Assembly (NCBI GenBank): GCA_004796365.1 | Contig: QZLE01000074.1 | Span: 12,028 to 76,027 of the forward strand | Direction: 5' to 3' | Origin: Gammaproteobacteria bacterium | Lineage (GTDB): Bacteria; Pseudomonadota; Gammaproteobacteria; QZLD01 | DNA: 64,000 nt | Shown: one piece after another, positions 56,331 through 64,000 of the stretch | How positions within the stretch are numbered: position 1 is the first letter of the stretch | How the letters are laid out: each line of letters starts with the position of its first letter | The notes under the pieces: generated by a model | What the model was told of the DNA's origin: nothing | Seen by the model: only the letters and a program-made list of their open reading frames with translations | The model's database searches: none | Position numbers and translations under genes: made by a program

Positions 56331-57047
56331 ATGAGCTCAGGAATCGGAAGCCACATTTCAAGACAGTTTGAAGACGAGCTGGAAGACATTCGCAATAAAG
56401 TTATGGCCATGGGAGGCCTGATTGAAAAACAGCTTCAGCAGGCTATAAACTGCCTATTGATCAGTGATTCTGCGCTGGCAGAAGACGTTATCAAGACTGA
56501 TACTGCAGTAAATAAAATGGAGCTGGATATAGATGAGGAATGTACTCAAATTTTAGCTCGTAGACAACCTACAGCTAGTGATCTCCGCCTAGTTATCACA
56601 GTAATTAAAACCATTAATGATCTTGAGCGCATTGGTGATGAAGCTAAACGAATCGCTAGAATGGCACTTGAGTTAATGGATAAAGATGTAGGTAAAGCGC
56701 GCTTGCAGGCAATTAAACACCTTGGTGAGCATGTAAAAACTGTGCTGCATCATATCCTGGATGCCTTTGCTAGAATGGATACAACAGAGGCATATCAAAT
56801 TTACCGTCAAGACAAACAGGTAGATCTTGAATATGAGTCGACTCTTCGACAAACCATCACATTTATGATGGAAGATCCACGCTCAATTCCATGGGCATTA
56901 AATATTATTTGGATTGCACGAGCTCTAGAGCGCATAGGCGACAGAGCAACAAATATCAGTGAATACATTATATTCTTCGTTAAAGGTAAAGATGTAAGGC
57001 ACACTGGTGTAGAAGGCATTGAAGAAACTATTAAAGACGATCTTTAG
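56331..57047 (+). CDS. phoU: Phosphate signalling complex protein PhoU
   Basis: 238 aa with two PhoU repeats that carry the metal-binding contexts NDLERIGDEA and RALERIGDRATNI. Confidence 0.93.
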   Translation: MSSGIGSHISRQFEDELEDIRNKVMAMGGLIEKQLQQAINCLLISDSALAEDVIKTDTAVNKMELDIDEECTQILARRQPTASDLRLVITVIKTINDLERIGDEAKRIARMALELMDKDVGKARLQAIKHLGEHVKTVLHHILDAFARMDTTEAYQIYRQDKQVDLEYESTLRQTITFMMEDPRSIPWALNIIWIARALERIGDRATNISEYIIFFVKGKDVRHTGVEGIEETIKDDL

Positions 57048-57073
57048 AAGCCTTTGTATTTAATATTTGCTTA

Positions 57074-57101
57074 GGGGCAGACCTGTGTGTCTGCCCTTTT
57101 T
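57074..57101 (+). terminator. Rho-independent terminator after phoU
   Basis: GGGGCAGAC (57074..57082), loop CTGTGT, GTCTGCCC (57089..57096), then TTTTT. Confidence 0.8.
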
Positions 57102-57166
57102 GATTTAAGACAAACTCACAGGCTCACCCTAAACTGTGAATTACCATGCTGCTTTCAATGCATCCA

Positions 57167-57784
57167 TTAAAAATCAAAGCTGCTTTGTAGTTCCTGCTTT
57201 CTTGATTTGAAATCAATTATATTTGGCATATCTGAAGACTTAACATTTAAGTCATTATTTACTTGCAATGCAGTGGGTTTATTTTCGAAACTCAATTCAG
57301 CTGATTGAACAAATAATGAATGTGAGCAGCTCATTGTGCTCACTGGAGAACTATACACCTCACCTTGTGTCTTCCATTCAGATTGTCCAATAATATATGC
57401 AATTGAATTTCCAGTAATACAGGCATCATATATTTTTTGATATTGCTGCAATGAAACATCATCATGTTTACCAATAACTGCAGCACAGTTACCGCAAGCT
57501 AGTGCCCGACAGATGGTGTCAATATTATTTGATCTATCATTTGAATACACCATTATAATTTGTCTTGTATCCAGCTCTACCGCGTTAAGCATATTTTTTA
57601 GAAGGCTAGATGGATTGATTACAGCAATCCAGCGCTGGTCTTGCCTTACATAGTTAATAATTCGGCAAAAATCATTTAAATCATTTTTGAAATTTACTAG
57701 CTCACCCTTACTGGCAGCAAAACTTGGCTCAAAACTGCCGGTTATAAAAATCTCTGGGTTATTAAATGCTTTAAATGTTCTCAT
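57167..57784 (-). CDS. sulA: SulA-like SOS cell-division inhibitor, co-transcribed with lexA
   Basis: 205 aa, starting 45 nt downstream of lexA on the same strand. TICRALACGNCAAVIGK parallels E. coli SulA MVRALRTGNYSVVIGW. A lexA-sulA operon is known in Pseudomonas. Confidence 0.55.
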   Translation of the reverse strand: MRTFKAFNNPEIFITGSFEPSFAASKGELVNFKNDLNDFCRIINYVRQDQRWIAVINPSSLLKNMLNAVELDTRQIIMVYSNDRSNNIDTICRALACGNCAAVIGKHDDVSLQQYQKIYDACITGNSIAYIIGQSEWKTQGEVYSSPVSTMSCSHSLFVQSAELSFENKPTALQVNNDLNVKSSDMPNIIDFKSRKQELQSSFDF

Positions 57785-57829
57785 CCCTTACCTCTCTACG
57801 TTCTCTTTAGCAATTTATAATCAGTTAGA

Positions 57830-58462
57830 TTAAATATTTCTTATTACACCGATTCCAAGTCCTTCTATAGCAAAATATTCATTAGTGGAATCAATAGTTA
57901 TTGGCAAAAGTTCGTCATTCTCTGGAATTAAGCTAATAGTGTTGCCTTGTTTTTCAAAACGTTTCACAGTTACTTCATCTTCTAAGCGGGCGACAACAAT
58001 TTGTCCATTTCTCACTTGATTTGTTTTATGTACAACCAGAAAATCATCGTCATATATACCAATATTGATCATGCTATTACCTGATACCTTAAGTAGATAG
58101 TCAGGTTTCATGGGAAAAATTGATTCATCTATAGCATACCTTTGAGTGATATGTTCTTGCGCAAGGATTGGGCTGCCCGCAGCAACCATACCAACCAGAG
58201 GAATGCCCTGCTCTGATTCATGACTAACAGGTATCTCATGATGTTGATTGCTATGTACAATTCTTATTCCACGTGACGATCCTGCTTGAAGCTCAATCAC
58301 CCCTTTTTTCTGTAATGCTTTTAAATGATCTTCGGCGGCGTTAGGAGATCTAAATCCAAGTGCTTTGCAAATATCAGATCGTGTAGGAGGATATCCTTCA
58401 TCGTTAATAAAAGATGATATAAAATCCAAAACCTGTTGTTGCCTGTTTGTTAATTTCTTCAT
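57830..58462 (-). CDS. lexA: LexA repressor
   Basis: 210 aa. It has an N-terminal wHTH (LTNRQQQVLDFI...GYPPTRSDI), the cleavage site VAAGSP (Ala-Gly), the catalytic Ser in VSGNSMIN and the catalytic Lys in VTVKRF. Confidence 0.95.
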   Translation of the reverse strand: MKKLTNRQQQVLDFISSFINDEGYPPTRSDICKALGFRSPNAAEDHLKALQKKGVIELQAGSSRGIRIVHSNQHHEIPVSHESEQGIPLVGMVAAGSPILAQEHITQRYAIDESIFPMKPDYLLKVSGNSMINIGIYDDDFLVVHKTNQVRNGQIVVARLEDEVTVKRFEKQGNTISLIPENDELLPITIDSTNEYFAIEGLGIGVIRNI

Positions 58463-58488
58463 TTGTATTCTTAACTATTAAGTATCAA

Positions 58489-58508
58489 TACTGTAATTCT
58501 ATACAGTA
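58489..58508. promoter_or_regulatory. SOS box (LexA operator)
   Basis: TACTGTAATTCTATACAGTA is a perfect CTGT-N8-ACAG palindrome, 27 nt upstream of the lexA start. Confidence 0.85.
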
Positions 58509-58523
58509 TTATTTGCTTGTCAA
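58496..58523 (-). promoter_or_regulatory. lexA promoter overlapped by the SOS box
   Basis: On the minus strand it reads TTGACA (58523..58518), a 16-nt spacer, then TAGAAT (58501..58496). The -10 lies inside the operator. Confidence 0.6.
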
Positions 58524-58593
58524 TAAACTTAAATTAAAATAACCTGAGTTAAAACAGCTATAATCTATATTGTAACAATTTTAGGGATAATTT

Positions 58594-59508
58594 ATGTCAG
58601 TAAGTTTTGATGACAAACTAGTAGTAGCCATATCTTCAAGAGCGCTTTTTGATATGGCGGAAAGCCATGAAATATATATAACACAAGGCATAGATGCCTA
58701 TTACCAATATCAGCTTGAACACGAAGATGAAATATTAAAGCCTGGTGTTGCCTTCGATCTTGTAAAAAAATTTTTGTCGTTAAATGATATCTCCCCTGAT
58801 GACGGCACTAAAGTTGAAGTTATTTTGTTATCTCGTAATAGTGCAGATACTGGATTACGTGTTTTTAAATCGATTGAGGAGCATAACCTAAATATTGTCA
58901 GGGCGGCATTCACAAATGGCAAAAGCCCTTATCGTTATGTTTCGTCATTTGGTGCGCATCTATTTTTATCTGCTGACCCAGATGATGTTAAAAGCGCTTT
59001 GCAGGCGGGCATTGCTGCTGCAACTATTTTACCCTCTTCTTCTGGGGGAGTTGATAGTTCTTCAAATCACCCAGAGCTTAAAATTGCCTTTGATGGAGAT
59101 GCAGTTCTATTCTCAGATGAGGCGGAAAGAATTTACCAGTTGGATGGACTTGAAACTTTTAATAAGGTTGAAAAAAATCGAGCTGATAAACCTCTTCCAG
59201 GAGGTCCATTTAAAAATTTTCTTGCTGCTTTACAGAAGATACAATCAGAATATCCAACTGACTCATCACCTCTACGCACTGCTCTTGTAACTGCTAGGGG
59301 TGCCCCTGCACATGAAAGAGTTATTAAAACGCTAAGGGCATGGGATATCAGAATTGATGAAGCGTTATTTTTAGGCGGGCTAGATAAGGCAACTTTTCTT
59401 GATTCTTTCGAGGCTGATATATTCTTTGACGACAACACTTCGAATTGTGCCTCAGCATCTGGACTTGTTACCACAGGGCATGTTCCAAATGGGATATCAA
59501 ATGAATAA
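58594..59508 (+). CDS. 5'-nucleotidase-family protein (cytosolic, HAD-like)
   Basis: 304 aa. It has KLVVAISSRALFDMAESHEIY and KIAFDGDAVLFSDEAE, an Asp-x-Asp-like HAD motif I context. I recognise it as the bacterial 5'-nucleotidase family of roughly 300 aa. Confidence 0.6.
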   Translation: MSVSFDDKLVVAISSRALFDMAESHEIYITQGIDAYYQYQLEHEDEILKPGVAFDLVKKFLSLNDISPDDGTKVEVILLSRNSADTGLRVFKSIEEHNLNIVRAAFTNGKSPYRYVSSFGAHLFLSADPDDVKSALQAGIAAATILPSSSGGVDSSSNHPELKIAFDGDAVLFSDEAERIYQLDGLETFNKVEKNRADKPLPGGPFKNFLAALQKIQSEYPTDSSPLRTALVTARGAPAHERVIKTLRAWDIRIDEALFLGGLDKATFLDSFEADIFFDDNTSNCASASGLVTTGHVPNGISNE

Positions 59509-59532
59509 AGTTATATATCGTTCTAGCTGAGC

Positions 59533-60507
59533 CTATTCAACCCCGATTTGGTTGCGCCCCTTCTCTTTTGCCAAATATAAACCTTTATCTGCTTTATCAA
59601 CAACCTCTTTCCATGAAGGGTATTCTGATGGTGGATTGAAACAACTAACGCCACCGCTTATAGTTAAATATCCAAGCGCAGAGGCTTCATGAGCCATTTT
59701 TTCCAAGGCTAGTTCCTGCACTACCCTTTCAGCCAAAGTCTTTGCGCTTTCAAGATCTGTTCTAGGCATAAGAAGCAAAATCTCTTCTCCACCGTATCGA
59801 TACAATCTATCAGAATCCCTTACAGTGCCTTTTAAAAATTCGGCAACTTGTTTTAGAAGTGCGTCGCCTGCTGGATGACCATAGTAATCATTATATTTTT
59901 TAAAGAAATCAAGATCAAAAAGGGCAACAGAATATTCAGTATTGTATCTGATAGAAGCTGAGTGAGTATGCTGCAGATCGACTTCCATAGCTCGCCTATT
60001 GCCAATTTTCATCATACTATCTTCAAGAGATAAAGCTCTTAACCTTTGGTTTGCGTCTTCAAGTTCTTTGGTTTTTTGTTCAACATTTTTTTCAATAATT
60101 TCAGTTGCGCCTTCAATAACCCGGAAATATGCATCAACCAGATTAGACTGGGTGATGACACCAATTACAGCACCGGTTTTACCAATTACAGGAAGATGCC
60201 TAATCTTTTCCATCTTAGAAATTGTAAGTGCCTCAAAAAGAGTCTTATCATCCTTAATTGCAACTAAAGAAGTACACATAAAATCTGAGGCGTGATGATT
60301 ATAAAAAAACTCTTCTTTGTATGAGCGCGCTAAAAAGTGCACAACATCTCTTTCTGTAACAATGCCAATTGGAATGTTGTTTTCGGCAATAATGATGCAG
60401 GAATATTTGTTTTCATACATTGCGGTGACAATTTCTGAAAGCAACGCTGTTGGCTCCATGCACAAAACGTTGGTAGTCATTAAACTGGTGACACTATAGT
60501 CAAACAA
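59533..60507 (-). CDS. Tandem-CBS diguanylate cyclase (CBS-CBS-GGDEF)
   Basis: 324 aa. Two CBS motifs (MTTNVLCMEP.., GIVTERDV; MCTSLVAI.., GVITQSNL) and a coiled-coil linker precede a GGDEF domain with RDSDRLYRYGGEEILLLMP. The I-site is present and the signature reads GGEEI. Confidence 0.88.
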   Translation of the reverse strand: MFDYSVTSLMTTNVLCMEPTALLSEIVTAMYENKYSCIIIAENNIPIGIVTERDVVHFLARSYKEEFFYNHHASDFMCTSLVAIKDDKTLFEALTISKMEKIRHLPVIGKTGAVIGVITQSNLVDAYFRVIEGATEIIEKNVEQKTKELEDANQRLRALSLEDSMMKIGNRRAMEVDLQHTHSASIRYNTEYSVALFDLDFFKKYNDYYGHPAGDALLKQVAEFLKGTVRDSDRLYRYGGEEILLLMPRTDLESAKTLAERVVQELALEKMAHEASALGYLTISGGVSCFNPPSEYPSWKEVVDKADKGLYLAKEKGRNQIGVE

Positions 60508-60590
60508 TTAGTTTCTCCTTAAACAATATTTTAGAACTAGCAAATATTATAGAAATCAATTGCTACAATTATAGGTAATTATACATTTTC

Positions 60591-63500
60591 ATGGAAAAAA
60601 TAATGCGACCTAGTATTGTCCAACTCCAAGAACAGCTTAAATCTGCTGAAGAGCAATTGCAACAGCACGAACAAACGATATCCCTATTACAACAAGAGCG
60701 TGACATAATTGCCAAAGTTGCAGCAGCAGCATCTTTAAAAAGTGTATTCGATGAAATGTTACACTTTATTTGTCAAAGATGGGGGTTTAACAGTTTTGGT
60801 ATTCAACTGGTTGATCAAGAAAATAATTGCCTGAAGTTTTACACCAACTATGGCATCGAAAATAAACTTAATACCCCTGAACTACAACAATATTTAACCG
60901 CAGATATACCCCTTGACGATTCGAACTCCTCGGTTGCTTCATACGTTGCTACAAAACAAAAGTGGGTGTATGCCGATTTTACTTCTTCTGATAACTTAGA
61001 CTCACTTCCGACATTAGATCGCTATGTTGTTGAAACACTGAATATTTCGGAAAATCTTGTGATTCCTATTGTTGATAAAGCAGAAACTATTGGAGTTTTA
61101 CATTTAACTGCAGCAAATAAGCGCTTAGATCTTACAAAGCAGGATGTTAAAGATATAAACCATCTAATTAATAGCACTTCTGGTCATATTAAAGCAACTA
61201 GACAAAAAGACGAACTTGAAGAAATCAAGGAAAAGCAGGAAAATTTTTTAGCAATTGTTCAAGATATTGGGGTAAATATCGAGCTAAATTCCCTGCTGAG
61301 TTTGCTTGGGAATAACATATTAAAAATTCTTAACATCGACGGTTATCTTATAAACACTGTGGATTTTCATACTGGCGATCTTATTTGTCAACAGATACAT
61401 CTACCTGGTGAATTTAAAGAGATTGAGAAGGCTTATAAAAAATATGTTTATCGACAAGAGAAAGACGACCCTAATTTCCAGTGCTTTTTAAACCAAAAAC
61501 CTGTATCAATTACTAAAAAGGACATTAAAAAATACCGAGGACATACTAAGGTCCAGTTTATCGGCTGGAAGATGAAAGAACTAATCATTTATCCGTTAGT
61601 ATATAACGGATCATCAACCGGAACGGTGATGATATTTAATCAAAACGACTGTATATCACAGAAATTATTGCCAGATTTTGAACATCTGCTGGATGTATTT
61701 AGTGCACAGATCAGTAATAGCAATTATTACACGTCATTAAAAGAGCGGGAAAGAAATATTTCCAGAGTCGAAGCGGAAAAAACTAATTTTCTAGAATTTA
61801 TCACAAAGATTAACAACCTTACTTCAAGTGATCTGATCTTTAAGCTAGTTACAGCCGAACTGTTTAAACTCTTTCCGTTTGACCTAATCGGTTGCTTTAT
61901 AAAAGAAGGCGATAAGTTAATACTGAAGGAAGTATTTAATAAAGAAGCCGTTTACGATAATCAGACAGAGCAATGGAGAAAACATTATTTAAGCAATCCT
62001 ATAGACTTGACAAAAAAAGGAGAAGCTTTGTCTGTTCTAATGAATACAAATAAACGCTTTCATATTGAAGATATACAGAAAATTATACATCTCCCAATGG
62101 CACGCAACGACCGTAAAGCAATATCATATTTTGATCACCCGCGTACTTGTTTGCATATCCCTATTGCCAAAGCAGATTACTCCATCGGTGCCATAACACT
62201 AATTACACTTGAAGAAATATTTGATATTAAACCAGAACAATTACGATTACTTGAACTTGTTTGCTCATTTATCGGGACAGCGATTGTTAATGCTGGAGTG
62301 TATTCACAATTGATCGATACACAAAAACAGCTTGTATTAACCGAAAGAAAGAAAACTGAAGCACTTCAAGAAGCAAAAGATGCTGCAGAGGCTACTGCAA
62401 ATGCAAAAAGCAGCTTCCTTGCTAATATGAGTCATGAAATAAGAACACCGATGAATGCAATTATCGGACTATCAAAACTGGCACTTGATACCGATCTTAA
62501 TGAAAAGCAGTATGACTATCTGAAAAAAATTTCATCTTCTTCAAACTCTCTGCTTGGAATTATTAATGATATTCTCGATTTCTCTAAAATTGATGCAGGT
62601 AAGATGCAATTTGAGGCTGTTGAGTTTGATATCAATGAAGTAACAGACCAATTAAGCGATGTATTTTCAGCCAAGTTATCAGAAAAAGATATCAACATTA
62701 CCATTGACAGAGACTGTGATGTACCATGCAAACTTATTGGTGATCCTTTAAGGCTTGGCCAGGTCTTAACGAACCTGACTTCTAATGCTTTCAAATTTAC
62801 CGAAGTTGGACACATCGCGATCAAAATTGCCAAGTTGGAAGAATCCGGCAGAAAAGTAAAACTACAATTCTCAATATCTGATAGCGGTATCGGAATAAAG
62901 AAAGAAAAAGTCGCGGAGCTCTTTAAATCTTTTACACAGGCAGATGGATCAACAACCCGAAAATATGGTGGCACCGGCCTTGGATTAAGTATTTCAAAAT
63001 CATTAACTGAAATGATGGGTGGGGAAATATGGGCAGAAAGTGAATTTGGTAAGGGAAGCTGTTTTCATTTTACCGGCCTGTTTGAGCTACAACCAGATCA
63101 GACACCACACTACCTTCAAACTGAAATTAATAACATTATCAAGAATAAGAATATTCTAGTTATCGACAGAAATAAAGAAGGCAGAAACTTTCTCAAAGAT
63201 AAAATTGGGGGGTATTGTGGAGATATCAGATTAGCTCAATCGTTGAAAAATGCCCTTAGAATTATCGATAACTCATCTAGCGTAGATATTATTATTTTGG
63301 ACTGGAATCTTTCTGATACGAATACGGTAGATGCGATTAATAAAATAAAAGCGGTTGCAAGTGAATCTGAATTAATTCTTATGTGTAATCTAGACCAGGA
63401 ACGAATAAGAACACAAGCAGAGAATCTAGGTATTTCAAATTTTATTGTTAAGCCAGTTAAGGAGATGGCGCTTTATAATGCGCTTTATTATTCAATAACC

Positions 63501-64000
63501 GGAAAAGACGCTATAAAAAGCAACTCCAAAAAGGATGGCAACGAACAGATAGAGGCATTCAAGAAAAAAATATCAGGCTCATACGTTCTGCTAGTTGAAG
63601 ATAATTATATTAATCAGCAAGTTGCTCGCGAGTTTTTATCCAATGCAGGTATTGTTGTCGATATTGCCAATAATGGTAAAGAAGCTATTGCAGCAGTGAA
63701 GAATTACAAATATGACGTGATTTTAATGGATGTTCAAATGCCAGAAATGGACGGTTATGAAGCGACAAAAGTGATAAGGAAGGATGCAAAAAGTCATACT
63801 CCTATTATTGCGATGACAGCCAATGCACTAGCAGGTGATAAAGAAAAATGTCTTATTGCTGGTATGGATGGTTACATCTCCAAACCAATTAATGATCTAA
63901 TGCTGTATAAAACGTTAAGCGACTGGGTTCTAAATGATGAAACAGAATCATTTAAACCAGAATCTAAATACAGCATAGATGATGATAGCTCTAAGCCACC
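60591..64000 (+). CDS. Cytoplasmic multi-GAF hybrid sensor histidine kinase, 3'-truncated by the window edge (paralog of the 8006 and 30184 genes)
   Basis: It is missing from the ORF track because no stop is reached. The frame (codons starting at positions divisible by 3) is open at every stretch I translated: the start, the H-box region and the last 40 nt. I did not translate the whole frame. Starts with ATG 60591 ([10 protein letters not shown]..) or ATG 60603. [11 protein letters not shown]; H-box [14 protein letters not shown] (near 62420); G-box [13 protein letters not shown] (near 62970); [29 protein letters not shown] (63590-63890). Confidence 0.88.
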   Translation, partial: MEKIMRPSIVQLQEQLKSAEEQLQQHEQTISLLQQERDIIAKVAAAASLKSVFDEMLHFICQRWGFNSFGIQLVDQENNCLKFYTNYGIENKLNTPELQQYLTADIPLDDSNSSVASYVATKQKWVYADFTSSDNLDSLPTLDRYVVETLNISENLVIPIVDKAETIGVLHLTAANKRLDLTKQDVKDINHLINSTSGHIKATRQKDELEEIKEKQENFLAIVQDIGVNIELNSLLSLLGNNILKILNIDGYLINTVDFHTGDLICQQIHLPGEFKEIEKAYKKYVYRQEKDDPNFQCFLNQKPVSITKKDIKKYRGHTKVQFIGWKMKELIIYPLVYNGSSTGTVMIFNQNDCISQKLLPDFEHLLDVFSAQISNSNYYTSLKERERNISRVEAEKTNFLEFITKINNLTSSDLIFKLVTAELFKLFPFDLIGCFIKEGDKLILKEVFNKEAVYDNQTEQWRKHYLSNPIDLTKKGEALSVLMNTNKRFHIEDIQKIIHLPMARNDRKAISYFDHPRTCLHIPIAKADYSIGAITLITLEEIFDIKPEQLRLLELVCSFIGTAIVNAGVYSQLIDTQKQLVLTERKKTEALQEAKDAAEATANAKSSFLANMSHEIRTPMNAIIGLSKLALDTDLNEKQYDYLKKISSSSNSLLGIINDILDFSKIDAGKMQFEAVEFDINEVTDQLSDVFSAKLSEKDINITIDRDCDVPCKLIGDPLRLGQVLTNLTSNAFKFTEVGHIAIKIAKLEESGRKVKLQFSISDSGIGIKKEKVAELFKSFTQADGSTTRKYGGTGLGLSISKSLTEMMGGEIWAESEFGKGSCFHFTGLFELQPDQTPHYLQTEINNIIKNKNILVIDRNKEGRNFLKDKIGGYCGDIRLAQSLKNALRIIDNSSSVDIIILDWNLSDTNTVDAINKIKAVASESELILMCNLDQERIRTQAENLGISNFIVKPVKEMALYNALYYSITGKDAIKSNSKKDGNEQIEAFKKKISGSYVLLVEDNYINQQVAREFLSNAGIVVDIANNGKEAIAAVKNYKYDVILMDVQMPEMDGYEATKVIRKDAKSHTPIIAMTANALAGDKEKCLIAGMDGYISKPINDLMLYKTLSDWVLNDETESFKPESKYSIDDDSSKP

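Noticed and set aside
62516-62974. A 152-aa minus-strand ORF, plus similar antisense ORFs at 10429..10674, 28999..29232, 31953..32141 and 32208..32555
   Set aside because: All lie antisense to the conserved HATPase/HisKA regions of the hybrid kinases. They share the same shadow peptide (PRPVPP, the reverse reading of GGTGLGL), so they are frame artefacts of conserved sense-strand sequence rather than genes.
1-64000. CRISPR arrays, tRNA/rRNA genes, IS elements, integrases or prophage remnants
   Set aside because: I saw no array of regularly spaced direct repeats, no cloverleaf-like or rRNA-like conserved stretch in the intergenic regions I read, and no transposase, integrase or phage-like ORF in the track. 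A tRNA/ncRNA scanner would be needed to be certain.

Overview
AT-rich (mid-30s % GC by eye) chromosomal segment that looks gammaproteobacterial: clpS-clpA, a lexA-sulA pair with a CTGT-N8-ACAG SOS box, and phoBR-pstSCAB-phoU. I cannot name the genus. All calls come from reading the ORF translations and the DNA by eye; no database or HMM search was run, so family names are recognition from memory. I found no rRNA, tRNA, CRISPR array, transposase, integrase or prophage genes, so this looks like core chromosome rather than a mobile island. The window is unusually dense in signal transduction. It has five large hybrid histidine kinases (8006, 19387, 28067, 30184, and 60591, which runs off the right edge and is missing from the ORF track), PhoR/PhoB, and three GGDEF-type proteins. 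Candidates for undescribed biology, best first: (1) a six-gene, fully translationally coupled RDD / SpoIIM-like / DUF4129 / DUF4350 / MoxR / DUF58 membrane module (12260-19242), bracketed by two giant sensor kinases. (2) A four-gene cytoplasmic phosphorelay operon (27462-34988) that opens with a CheZ-like D-x3-Q protein and ends in a REC-PAS-GGDEF-EAL enzyme. (3) Divergent from it, a darA/darB-like (dialkylresorcinol-type) pair fused to an outer-membrane barrel and a mini periplasmic-binding protein (23119-27021). (4) An RquA-like degenerate methyltransferase (4957-5706). (5) A triple zinc-ribbon protein with a degenerate GGDEF domain but an intact RxxD I-site, just upstream of the pho regulon (46596-47987). 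The rest is housekeeping: nadE, a sirtuin, a pseudouridine synthase, an EamA transporter, a secreted S8 protease, arsC, ygiQ, a hydrolase, a BtuCD-like importer and a 5'-nucleotidase.
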